DNA of 64,000 bases from Candidatus Bathyarchaeota archaeon (GTDB lineage: Archaea; Thermoproteota; Bathyarchaeia; 40CM-2-53-6): contig CAWHWX010000001.1 in assembly GCA_963833125.1 (NCBI GenBank), positions 345,702 through 409,701 of the forward strand, read 5' to 3'. The number at the start of each line of letters is the position of its first letter. Position 1 is the stretch's first letter. Of the stretch, positions 10,358-20,901 are shown in pieces. The notes below the pieces were generated by a model. That model worked only from the letters and a program-made list of their open reading frames with translations. It did not search any database and was not told where the DNA came from. The translations under genes and the position numbers were made by a program.

Positions 10358-10491
10358 ATCACGAAACACTATCTCCTTCCTTAGCATAAAAATTAGTGAC
10401 AGTCTGGCACTTTTAACACTTGGTACACCTGAACTCACAAAAATCGACACCAGCACTGTTTTAAATGACGCTATTGCCGCAAACAAACACA

Positions 10492-10626
10492 TCAACTCTG
10501 CTTGGCCAAGTATTCGCTCACAATCACACGTACTGTCTCTGGGATCGAGTCCAAGAGTCATTTCTTTCGTTCCTTCTCTAATGCCCGCTCCATTTCTTCC
10601 GAGATGGAGAGGGTAAATCGTTTCAT
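10492..10626 (-). pseudogene. CopG/ribbon-helix-helix protein with internal TGA
   Basis: MKRFTLSISEEMERALEKERKK*LLDSIPETVRVIVSEYLAKQS*; stop codon at 10558-10560. Confidence 0.55.
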
Positions 10627-10776
10627 TATCGTGCTCGGCACTTATTGACACTGCCACTCTCCAACCCATCCCTTCAGGTTTCCTTGACAAGGCGCTCAGT
10701 TCGCTCTCCATAGCCCGCTCCGATATGAACACTATAATCGTGATGAGAAGACGAACACCGCACGAACAATTGTCAT

Positions 10777-12034
10777 TTAGTCCGTTTCGAGAAGAAGGAG
10801 TTTTGGATCTTCTAGGTATTGTTTGATTGCGTTTACGAAGCGGGCTGCCATTGCGCCGTCTAATACTCGGTGGTCGAAGGATAGGGAGAGGTAGGTCATG
10901 TCACGGATTGTGATTTGGTTGTCCTTGACGACGGGTCGTTTGGTGATTTTATGGAGCCCGAGTATGGCGACCTCTGGGTAATTGATTATGGGCGTAGCGA
11001 ACACTCCCCCAATTCCGCCTACATTGGTTATTGTAAAAGTGCCTCCCTGAACTTCATTCAACGCCAACTGACCTGCGTGAGCTTTCTCACTCAGGGTTGC
11101 AATTTCAGTGGCGAGTTGGGTTATCGATTTGTGTTCCGCATCCTTGACTATTGGAACGACTAAACCTGATTCCGTGTCGGTTGCTATGCCAATGTTGTAG
11201 TATTTCTTGAGCACTATCTCCTCTTTTTCGTCATCCAAGCTGGAGTTGAGGTAAGGGTATTGCTTCAGTGCCGGAATTAGCGCCTTAATGACAAAGGGCA
11301 GATAGGTCAGCTTAACTCCGCGTTTCTCAGCGGAAACCTTCGCCCTCTCCCTCAGATGGACAACTTCGGTCATGTCAACTTCGTCCACGTGGGTTACTTG
11401 TGCCGCCGCATTCTTCGATTTGAGCATGTGTTCAGCAACTTTTCTTCGAATTCCGCGCAACGGAACTCGCTCTTCAACACCACGCGGCCCAGAGGTAGTA
11501 ACAGCTACAACCGCGACCGCTCCCCCTAGCTGTTTGAATCGTTGCACATCCTCGTCGGTAATTCTTCCCCCGCGGCCAGTTCCCTGGACAACAGATAGGT
11601 CTACGCCAAGATCCCTTGCAAGCTTTCGAGTCGCAGGAGTCGCTAGGATTTCTTCGGGTTTTCGTGAAGCTTGAGGGGCGGTTGTTATGTGGGATTTCTT
11701 GTGGCCTAGCAATCGTGGATGTTTTCGCGGGTATGGGGGGAGCTGGTTTCGTGGCAATGGGTGTTCTTTCTGATCCCGGGACACTTGGTTGTCCACCCTT
11801 TTCTTCTATTGAGAGGAGACCTTGTCCCACTTTGACGACTTCGCCCTCTTTGGCCATGAGTTTCTGTACTATTCCTTGCTTGGGGGAAGGTATCTCTACG
11901 TTGACCTTATCGGTCATGATTTCGACGAGTGGCTGGTTTTCCTTTACCTCGTCTCCTTCCTTCACAAGCCATTTTACAACCTCGCCTTCAGCGACGCCTT
12001 CACCTATGTCGGGAAGGCGGAACTCGTAGACCAA
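10777..12034 (-). CDS. pdhC: 2-oxoacid dehydrogenase E2 acyltransferase (frameshift in the linker)
   Basis: Lipoyl domain PDIGEG...MTDKVNVEIPSP; PSBD ATPATRKLARDLGVDL; FDHRVLDG. Confidence 0.92.
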
Positions 12035-12054
12035 TCAGTATCACTATTTCCCGG

Positions 12055-13029
12055 TTAGAAGTTGTGAACTTTCTCGATTGCAGCTAGGACCCGAGGGGTG
12101 TTGGGCATGTATTCGTCTTCGAGAACGTATGGGAAGGGAATGTCGAAGCCTGCTACCCTTAGGATAGGCGCTTTCAAACTTAGAATGCAACGTTCAGCGA
12201 TTTGAGCCGCTATTTCTGCGCCGAACCCACAGGTCTTGCATGCTTCATGCAGAATCACTACCCTTCCTGTTTTCTTAACTGAATTGATGATTGTTTCGAT
12301 GTCGAAGGGTGCGATGGTTCTGATGTCAACCACCTCGACATTGATGCCTTTCGCTGCTGCAAGTTCCGCGGCTTCCATAGCTACGTGGAGCATCGCCCCG
12401 TAAGCGAATACGACTACATCATTCCCTTCGCGGGCGATGTTGGCCTTACCTATGGGGACCGTATATTCCTCTTCAGGGACTTCTCCGCGGACTGTTCGAT
12501 AGATTTTCTTGGGTTCAAGAAATATGACAGGGTCGGGATCGCGCATTGCAGATGTGAGTAGGCCTTTGGCGTCGTAGGGTGTTGCTGGAATCACAACTTT
12601 GAGCCCGGGTGTGTGGGCGAAGAACGCCTCGGTGCTTTGAGAGTGGTAATGGCTGCCCCTGATACCGCCCCCGTAAGGGGTTCTGACTACGACGGGGGTT
12701 GTGAATTGGCCTCCGGATCTGTATCTGAACTTGGAAAGTTCGCTTTGGATTTGGTCGAAGCCGGGATAAATGAAATCCATAAACTGAATCTCTGATACAG
12801 GCCTTAACCCATACAGAGCCATCCCGATGGAAACCCCGATGATTCCTGTCTCAGAGAGTGGTGTGTCGATGACTCGGTTTGGGCCAAATTCCTGGATTAA
12901 TCCTTCAGTTGCTCGAAAGACACCACCGTCGATCCCCACATCTTCACCGAGTACTATGACCTTGTCATTTCGCGTCATCTCTTCTCGTAACGCGTGATTG
13001 ACCGCTTGAACCACATTCAGAACAGTCAA
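12055..13029 (-). CDS. pdhB: 2-oxoacid dehydrogenase E1 beta subunit
   Basis: GEDVGIDGGVFRAT, DTPLSE, HYHSQS; TTG start overlaps the E1 alpha stop. Confidence 0.92.
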   Translation of the reverse strand: MTVLNVVQAVNHALREEMTRNDKVIVLGEDVGIDGGVFRATEGLIQEFGPNRVIDTPLSETGIIGVSIGMALYGLRPVSEIQFMDFIYPGFDQIQSELSKFRYRSGGQFTTPVVVRTPYGGGIRGSHYHSQSTEAFFAHTPGLKVVIPATPYDAKGLLTSAMRDPDPVIFLEPKKIYRTVRGEVPEEEYTVPIGKANIAREGNDVVVFAYGAMLHVAMEAAELAAAKGINVEVVDIRTIAPFDIETIINSVKKTGRVVILHEACKTCGFGAEIAAQIAERCILSLKAPILRVAGFDIPFPYVLEDEYMPNTPRVLAAIEKVHNF

Positions 13030-14114
13030 TTGTTGCCCCCTTGTTGCTTTTCTTCTCGCAGCTGTCTCAACTGTTCTTCGAGATGCCACGGCATTTCGGC
13101 GTACACATCGGTGAATAGGGTTTCGAGGGCTGGTTTCGGTAATTTCTCAGCGTGTTGAACCGCCTGTTCTATCTCGCGGTTTGTCTCATCCTGTGTCTTC
13201 TTTTCGTCTGCCTCGCTCCAAATTCCCTTTCTTTCTAGATACTTTCGGAACCGTACTAGCGGGTCCCGTTTCTGCCATTCTTCTAATTCTTGATCTGTCC
13301 TGTAGCGTTTTGGATCATCCGAAGATGAATGTGCGCCCATGCGGTAAGTAACGGCTTCTATGAGAGTTGGGCCTCCTCCCTTCCGAGCTTTTTCAACCGC
13401 CTCCTTTGTGGTTCGATAGACAGCGAGAATATCGTTCCCATCGACGCGAACACCTTCGAACCCGTAAGCCTGCGCCTTAATCGCTATGGTCTCGGAAGCG
13501 GTCTGTCGTTCAACCGGTAGGGAAATGGCCCAATGATTGTTCAAACAGAAGAGTATCGTAGGAGTCTTGTATACACCCGCGAAATTCATGCCTGCGTGAA
13601 AATCATTTTCGGATGTCGCTCCATCTCCGAAATAAGTTAGCGTCACAATCTGATCTCCTCGTAGCTTGGCTGCGAGGGCGGCGCCAACTGCGTGCGGAAT
13701 TTGTGTGGCTATCGGCGCGGATCCTGTAACATAGTTAAGGGTCTTGACACCGAGGAGATTCGTCAGTTGTCGACCTTTCTGAAGGTCTTCAGCGTTAGCG
13801 AAGTATTGGTCGAGGAGCTGAGTAAGTGTGATGCCACGTAGAAGCATTGAACCTACTTCTCTGTATGCAGGGAAAACCCAATCTTCCGGCTTCAGAGCAT
13901 AGGCGCTTCCAATATGCGCTGCTTCCTGCCCCAAACAGCCGATGTAGAAGCCTATTCGTCCCTGCCGCTGCAACTGTAACCCACGAGTGTCCAGATTTCT
14001 CGTTAGAACCATGACACGGTAGAGCCGCCGCAGTTCGTCTTTGGGGATTTCTGGCTCCATGTTCGCAATTGACTCACCGCTAGGCTTGATGACCTGCAGT
14101 AACTCGAGAGTCAA
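13026..14114 (-). CDS. pdhA: 2-oxoacid dehydrogenase E1 alpha subunit (pyruvate or branched-chain substrate)
   Basis: LQRQGRIGFY, YFGDGATSENDFHAGMN...NN (TPP motif), YRMGAHSSSDDP. Confidence 0.92.
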   Translation of the reverse strand: MTLELLQVIKPSGESIANMEPEIPKDELRRLYRVMVLTRNLDTRGLQLQRQGRIGFYIGCLGQEAAHIGSAYALKPEDWVFPAYREVGSMLLRGITLTQLLDQYFANAEDLQKGRQLTNLLGVKTLNYVTGSAPIATQIPHAVGAALAAKLRGDQIVTLTYFGDGATSENDFHAGMNFAGVYKTPTILFCLNNHWAISLPVERQTASETIAIKAQAYGFEGVRVDGNDILAVYRTTKEAVEKARKGGGPTLIEAVTYRMGAHSSSDDPKRYRTDQELEEWQKRDPLVRFRKYLERKGIWSEADEKKTQDETNREIEQAVQHAEKLPKPALETLFTDVYAEMPWHLEEQLRQLREEKQQGGNN

Positions 14115-14229
14115 ACCTTAACCCTCATGGAGGTTGCGTGAAACGAAGGCAGAGCCGAACTAGGGCTTGTAAAGCTTGCCCTTTGAGCCAGATTCTTCCA
14201 GTACCAGCTTGCTTCAAGACTGTCAAAGA

Positions 14230-15163
14230 TCAGCTTATGATTCCCATTTTCTTCTTACGAATCAGCGCTTCGACGAAGAACTCCCCAGCCCTGTATGAGC
14301 TTCTAACGAACGGGCCGGAGGCCACGTACAAAAATCCTAGGTTGTCAGCGAGGCGTTTGTAATGTTCGAACGTTTCCGGGCTGACGTATTCGCTTACTGG
14401 AATATGGCCCTTCGACGGTCGAAGGTACTGTCCAAGGGTTAGGATATCTACCTCTGCTCGCCTCAAGTCCTCCATCGTCTTGACGATATCACTCTCAATC
14501 TCACCCAAGCCAAGCATGATAGATGATTTCGAGTATACTGAAGACCCGACTTCCTTGATGTGCTTGAGAACTCGAAGTGACTGGTCGTAGGTTGCTCTTG
14601 GATCTCGCACATTCGGTGTTAGCGTTTCAGTAGTTTCTATATTATGTGCGATGACTTCCGGTCCCGCTTCGATGACTTTGTCTATGTCTGCAAAGTTGCC
14701 CTGGAAGTCAGGTATGAGGACCTCCGTTATTACATCAGGATCTCGTAGTTTGATGGCTTTGATGGTGGATGCAAAGTGTTCTGACACCGCCGTCCGGAAT
14801 ATCGTCTCTATCAACCGAGGTTATCACGACATACCTCAATCCCAAGTCCGCTATGGCTTCCGCGACCTTCACGGGTTCAAAGACATCCAACATCGCACGT
14901 GGGTTTCCTGTCTTAACCATGCAGAAACGACAGCCACGTGTACAAGTATCACCCATGAGCATGAATGTGGCTGTTCCTCCTCCCCAACATTCGGCTACGT
15001 TAGGACAGTGCGCCTCCTCACAGACTGTGTGGAGGTTGTGGCTCCGAAGCACGCCCTTGATTTTCTCGTAATTGTCTCCCGTTGGATATCTCACACGTAA
15101 CCAACCAGGCTTCGATACTGGAGAGGCTTCTTGGACCTGTAGGACGTGTGAGTATCTTGGCAT
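14230..15163 (-). CDS. lipA: Lipoyl synthase (frameshift near 14790)
   Basis: [41 protein letters not shown]. Confidence 0.93.
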
Positions 15164-15370
15164 TGAAGACCCAGGTTTAGTCAAACCAGTAATGTTCCGC
15201 GCATTTGGCTTTTGCTTTGCTGAATAACTCACTAACGTGTTTACCAAAATGTGGATATAGAATAGTGCTCAATCGAGAGCGTATTACAGGGTTAATTCAC
15301 TCATCTCTCTCCGTTATGTGAAAAAGAACGACAACCTGTGCTTGAACGAACCTGTTAGCGAAGTAGAACT

Positions 15371-16679
15371 ATGAATCCCAGAGAAGTGGAGCATGAAGTG
15401 GAGAAACCGAATCAGGTTCCAGGCCTTCGAAAAGCTATCCGATTGAGAAATGCTGTTGCCCTGTACGCGAGTTCAGTTCTAGGGTCTGGTGTACTGGTGC
15501 TTCCCGGGTTGGCGGCCCAGATCGCGGGGCCAGGATCCATTCTCGCGTGGGCTTTGCTTTCCGTTGCAAGTTACCCCTTTGCGTACACATTTGCTTCCTT
15601 GTCTGCTAGGCGACCGGAATCTGGAGGCGTCTATTCGTTCGCAAAGGAGGGTTTTGGGTTTCGAGCCGGTGCAGTTGTTGCTTGGCTTTTCATTTTCTGG
15701 GTTGTTACGGGGGCGCCCGCGGTCACTCTAATTGCGGCTTCCTATCTAGGCTACGCTTTTCCATTGAGCCGAGCGGAGACGTACCTTATCGCTTTCGGGA
15801 TTATTCTTGCAGCGTTTGCGATTAACTATAGAGGGATAGTTGTTAGCAACAAGGTTCAGTTTGGTGTTATTGCAGCCATTGTGGCACTTCTTCTAGCGAC
15901 TATAGTCGCCTCAACATTCTTTGTACGAATGCAGAACTTTACCCCGTTCCTTCCGAACGGCATCCTCGCGGTGGGCACGGCTGCTGCGTTAATCTTCTGG
16001 TCCTACCTGGGATACGAGAACACTTCGAATGTGGCTGAAGAGTTCGAAAATCCAGAGAAGGACTTTCATCGTAGCATCATTCTAAGCGTGGTCGTTATCA
16101 GCGTTCTCTATTTGGCCGTCGCCTTTGTAACGATCGGGACTCGAGCGTACGAAGCGGGAGGGAGCGTCGCGCCATTCGCTGCGATTCTCTCGAATGTGCT
16201 GGGAAGGTATGGAGCTGAAGGAACAGGACTTCTCGCGGTGTTCATAATATTCGGAACCGCTAACGCCTATACAACAGGCGTGTCGAGGTTGGTGTTTGCC
16301 GCGGCAAGAGACGGTGGAATCCCCCGAGTCCTGGATCACTTGAATAGCAAGACTAGGGTTCCGGATCGGGTTCTGTTAGCACTCCTGAGCAGCTATGCCC
16401 TCGTGCTGATAACATATTATTTTTCTAAGGTTGATTTAGAAACGGCCCTCCTAATTCCGAGCGGCGCAGCCATTTTAGTTTACGTGATCGGCTCGGCGGC
16501 GGGCGGCGAAGATACTTGCTCGAGATTATAGAGGTAGTCGGAGAAAGGTGATTTTTCCTTTGGTTTCTCTTGTAATCTCACTCATAATTTTGCCTTTCAT
16601 TGGGCCATTGATTTTTGCAAGCCTGATTGTTGTCGCGGCTGCTTTCGTTTATGTCTCTGTGATTAGGAGGGGGGCTTAG
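15371..16679 (+). CDS. APC-family amino acid permease (frameshift near the C-terminus)
   Basis: LGSGVLVLPG, RPESGGVY, FWSYLGYE; the second frame continues hydrophobic to TAG 16679. Confidence 0.88.
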
Positions 16680-16987
16680 ATTTTGAATCCGAAAGCTGAT
16701 GCGAAGGATTCGACTCTTCGGAAATTATTAAGAAACTCAGTGCCTTTCTGGGTTAAGCTGTAGATCTTATCGTCCGTTCCAGTTTCTTGTATTACTCCTA
16801 AGGCTTCTAGTTCTTCGAGGTATTTGACGAGTCGATCGTGGGAAAGGTTTGCTCCGTAGAGGATCCTCGTGGGTTTCGCTTGGTTGCTTTCGCGCTGAAT
16901 GACGTACATTACGTCCACATAGATGCGCAGTTGTGAACGATATTTTGCAGTAGGCTTAGCAGGTTGCCCCTGCGTGTCCAGGGTCAT
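16676..16987 (-). CDS. Winged-helix DNA-binding protein
   Basis: YRSQLRIYVDVM...PTRILYGANLSHDRLVKYLEEL...YSLTQKGTEFL. Confidence 0.8.
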   Translation of the reverse strand: MTLDTQGQPAKPTAKYRSQLRIYVDVMYVIQRESNQAKPTRILYGANLSHDRLVKYLEELEALGVIQETGTDDKIYSLTQKGTEFLNNFRRVESFASAFGFKI

Positions 16988-17607
16988 GCGGGATGATTCA
17001 CCCTAAGCAGCATGGCCAAGAGTAGAAGGAAACCGAACAATTGTGCGATCTGCGCGATCGGGAAGAAGAGGGGGGCTACGGTGAAAAGTAGAAAGAATAC
17101 ATGGGCTACTGAGAGCGAGGCAAAGGCACCGAAGACCAGCATTGAATTCGTGTTCTTGTTGATGCTATAATTAATCCCGGTTTGAGTAGCGATGTAGACT
17201 AAGAGAAAGATTAGGATAAGTTCCGTTACCGCGTTGCGTTCGAAGAACAATACTGGAACAGCTGCCAACACCTCTGTCGCAGCGGTTACATTCCTAGCCT
17301 GATGAACATACGCGTACACTAGGAGCCCGTAGGCAATGAGTTGCGCGATGAAATTGATCGTGTAGCCGATACCAAAAAGATAGAAAAATTCTCTATGAAG
17401 ACGAGCGAGGAGAACGATTAGGCCGGAGAGTCCGTCGATCAGTAAGCCGGCGCCGATTAGGACGAAGCTCAGGTTGAGGTAGAGAAGGGTTTTCTCTTTC
17501 GATAATTTGTAGGCTTTCAGGGCTTGATAGGCGACAGCGATCGCGATGACGAACGCTATGAACTCCATCATGGAGCCGAAACCAAAGAACCAGGAAAGAC
17601 CAACCAT
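16984..17607 (-). CDS. Polytopic membrane protein (~6-7 TM), translationally coupled to the wHTH gene
   Basis: Hydrophobic helices; ATGA overlap with the downstream ORF. Confidence 0.7.
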   Translation of the reverse strand: MVGLSWFFGFGSMMEFIAFVIAIAVAYQALKAYKLSKEKTLLYLNLSFVLIGAGLLIDGLSGLIVLLARLHREFFYLFGIGYTINFIAQLIAYGLLVYAYVHQARNVTAATEVLAAVPVLFFERNAVTELILIFLLVYIATQTGINYSINKNTNSMLVFGAFASLSVAHVFFLLFTVAPLFFPIAQIAQLFGFLLLLAMLLRVNHPA

Positions 17608-17728
17608 TAGGACTTCAGACCCTACTGGTCTTTACCAGAGTTGGCGTACTTTTCAGCGTTGTGCACTAATCGTACATCGAAAATCTCCTCTCACTGAACG
17701 AGAGGATTCCTGTGAGGGATTGGATGGT

Positions 17729-17890
17729 TTATGCTGTGGCGAGTTGTACAAGTTTACCGTTCGTGAAGAAACCTTTGAGCCCGCATTCCTCGCATCGGGC
17801 TCCCAGCTGAAGGTCGGACCCCTCATCGTAGTAAACGTCTAACGTCTTTTGCCCGCACCTTGGGCACACATCGCCTTCGACCTTATCCAT
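17729..17890 (-). CDS. Small zinc-ribbon protein (53 aa)
   Basis: MDKVEGDVCPRCGQKTLDVYYDEGSDLQLGARCEECGLKGFFTNGKLVQLATA*; not in the ORF track. Confidence 0.65.
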   Translation of the reverse strand: MDKVEGDVCPRCGQKTLDVYYDEGSDLQLGARCEECGLKGFFTNGKLVQLATA

Positions 17891-18087
17891 CACTAACCAA
17901 GAAGTTTACACATACACGACCATATAGGCTTGAGAGATGACTGAAAATAACAATAATCAGCCTAAAAGGCGACTTTCCTTCCCCTTCGGAGGGGTGAAAA
18001 CTCAAACAGTATGGGACTAGGAACCTATGCTTGTTTGAGGAGTTAGGGCGTAGTCGCAGCCGTTGCAGCTTTTCGCGGGTTTGTATC

Positions 18088-19321
18088 TTATGCTGGTAGC
18101 ATGAGGAGTGGGGTTTCTTCTTTTGTCACTTCATTCCATTGAAACCCGAGTTCAGTGAAGGCTTTCATGATTGGGTCGGGGGCTAATGCTTCGGGTGGAA
18201 ACACTCCTTTTTCTTTAATCTGTCCGCGAGCCAGTAGAGTGGCTGCGGTGGCTGTTGGAAGCGCTGTCTGCAACGCAGTCGCAGTAACGCCGTAGTACGC
18301 GTAGGCTTCTGTGTGGCTCATGATGTTGTAGATGTAGTGGCTGTATCTCTTTCCAGCTTTTTCGCCGATTACCATGGTGCCAACACAGGTGTACCCGTCG
18401 GTTCCACTTTGAAGTCGATGGTCTACTGGGGAGGGCATGCAGGCGGTTACAACGTCGCGGGGTGCCACTTCCATTCCTTTTACGTTGATTGGGGAGGGGC
18501 TTGCTAGGCCTAGTTTCTTGAGAACTCGCATCGTCTCCACTGTCTCGTTGCTGAGAGATATCATGAAGTTGCATTCGTTGCATTTTATGAAGCGGGCTAG
18601 TGTTTGTGGTTCTTCGTGGTCCACTGCCCAAACGCGCAACTTACCTATTGGCGCCGGGAAGTCCCATTCCTCACTTCTCGTGAGCGAGGGTAATCTTTCG
18701 TAGTGGCCGTTGGTCCAGACAAGGGCGTCGGCGTAGGCAACTTCTTCTATGAACGTGTCGGGTGACCATAGGGATACTAGTCCGTCGAAGCCGCCGGTTC
18801 TGGCGTTGTCCCCGTCTCTAATCAGGATCCGATCTACGGAATCTAGGTGGTTTGAAGCATATCGTGCAAATACATTTGCGGCGCCTGGGTCGGCACCCCA
18901 GCAGACCATGGCAGCGAGGCCTGCGCTCTTCCATGCATCAGCTTGTTCGAATTGGTAGTCGTAGGGTACTTTGTTGATTCTGTCTCCAGCCCTTGAGTTC
19001 GCTACGTCGATGTCGGTGGCCATGTCGATGTAGTTCGCGCCGCTCTCGAGGCTTGCTTTCATGATTTTGAGGAAGAAGCGTGGGAGTGTGGCGTTTATCA
19101 CGAGATCAACGCCCTTCATTGCTTTCTTCATATCGGCAATGTTGTTGGCGTTCATGGCGATTGGGGTCATTTTGCAGGGGCCAGACTGCATTCGCCGCTA
19201 CTAGTTGCGCTGTTTCCTGTTTTAGGTCGGCGAGAATGATTTCTTCGAACTCTGGACGGGATTGCAAGATTCGGCCGATGACGGAGCCTATCGCGCCTGA
19301 TCCAACTACTAGCACCTTCAT
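18088..19321 (-). CDS. Saccharopine dehydrogenase family oxidoreductase (carboxynorspermidine-dehydrogenase-like; frameshift near 19190)
   Basis: MKVLVVGSGAIG Rossmann motif, GADPG, HEEP, GVFPPE. Confidence 0.85.
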
Positions 19322-19884
19322 CGCGAATCTACCTCCAGATACTTCCTCTACCATTCTTTACCGTATTCCACCATATAGGTTAATCCTACGGTATTCTTGT
19401 TCGTTTTCTGGGTTTTCTTGACTAAAAACTGCGATTTTCGAGCCAAAACCGGGCCCTAAACAACTAAGAACCCAAATTCAACCATTTCTTGAATTATTCA
19501 AATAATTATTTAACCTAAAGGCAACTACAACCCATCGAACCATCTGCCCAAATCATGAACACACCTGCTCCACCCCCCCGGTAACATGTTGTACCCAGAA
19601 AACTACACCACATATTCAATCCCACATTCGAACGTACGCACACACAACAGCAAACCCGAAACGAGTCATCCTTGTCGGAGACACACACGACCCAAACGCA
19701 GCAAAGTAACATGTTCTCCCCACAAATTACACCACCCCCCCGGGACTATGGAAGCACCAAGTTCGCCTCACAAGCCTGAAGCGACAAGAACCATCCTGCA
19801 TTCGACGTTGAATTTGCGAATCTAACGAAGTTACTGATTTTTCGCTGCACCGGATGGAATATTATTATCAGCACTCAAACCTTT

Positions 19885-20901
19885 GTGGGGTTGACGCAAT
19901 CGGGTGAGGCCGCCGATCGAGATCTTCTGAAGGTTAACGATCTCACCCTAGACTACGCGACTGTCGACCAAAGAGTACGAGTACTCCAAAACGTCTCATT
20001 GCATGTGAAGAAAGGAGAGATACTGGGCGTTGTGGGCGAAAGCGGATCAGGGAAAACAACGCTCGGGTTATCGATTATTCGTCTCCTAGACTCGCCGCCC
20101 GCGGATATCATCGGTGGTTCCATAACATTCGAAGAGAAAGACCTCCTCAAACTGAATCCTACCGAACTCTCACAATTCAGAGGCCCAGGAATAGGAATGG
20201 TGTTCCAAGAATCCCTAGCAGCACTAAATCCAGTTTACAGAACTGATTCACAGCTCAAAGAATCGATTCAAGTTCTCCGAAGAGCTCAGAACCTAACTCT
20301 TTCAGCAAAAGACGAAAACAAAATGATGGTAGAGATCCTGAAAGATTTGCGCCTCGACAAACCTGAATGGGTCCTGAAGAAATATCCCCACGAGCTTTCC
20401 GGTGGGATGAGGCAACGGGTCTCAATTGCAATGGCCATCGTGGAGAAGCCGAAGCTTCTGATATTGGATGAAGTCACTACTGGACTTGACGTGTATGTTC
20501 AGAATAGAATACTGAACATTCTGAAGGATTTGAATCGGCGAACAGGAACCGCTATGATGTTCATAACCCACGACCTGATGGTCGCTTCACAGATTTGTGA
20601 TAGATTGTACGTGATGTATGCGGGGAGGGTAATGGAGGAGGGCAGCACGGAGCGTATATTGAATGCGCCTGCGCACCCTTACACTCAGAAACTTTTCGCC
20701 GCGATACCGCAGGGGTTTGTAGATTCTCCCCCTCTTCCCGCTCCCATAGGTGAAGCGCCAGATCTAAAGAGCCTGCCCGCTGGCTGCAAATTCCATCCTA
20801 GATGCCCATTCGTGATGGAGAAATGCAAAGAGAGTGAGCCGCCGTTTTTTGAGACCGATGATAATCGAAGCGTCTTATGCTGGTTGCTAGAGAAGAAATG
20901 A
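19885..20901 (+). CDS. oppD: Oligopeptide/dipeptide ABC transporter ATPase
   Basis: GESGSGKT, LSGGMRQR, HPYT, GCKFHPRC. Confidence 0.88.
   Translation: MGLTQSGEAADRDLLKVNDLTLDYATVDQRVRVLQNVSLHVKKGEILGVVGESGSGKTTLGLSIIRLLDSPPADIIGGSITFEEKDLLKLNPTELSQFRGPGIGMVFQESLAALNPVYRTDSQLKESIQVLRRAQNLTLSAKDENKMMVEILKDLRLDKPEWVLKKYPHELSGGMRQRVSIAMAIVEKPKLLILDEVTTGLDVYVQNRILNILKDLNRRTGTAMMFITHDLMVASQICDRLYVMYAGRVMEEGSTERILNAPAHPYTQKLFAAIPQGFVDSPPLPAPIGEAPDLKSLPAGCKFHPRCPFVMEKCKESEPPFFETDDNRSVLCWLLEKK

Larger units (their letters stand above)
3960..10740. mobile_element. Accessory island / degenerate integrated element between the E2 and E3 genes
   Basis: Interrupts an otherwise co-oriented operon; holds nucleases, a protease, RHH/AbrB regulators and orphan ORFs; no integrase seen. 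Confidence 0.55.

Noticed and set aside
10558-10560. Selenocysteine or readthrough at the TGA in the RHH gene (also the TAA codons at 7845 and in the GNAT gene)
   Set aside because: The positions are not Cys-like and no SECIS is evident; they are likely C-to-T nonsense mutations or sequencing errors.
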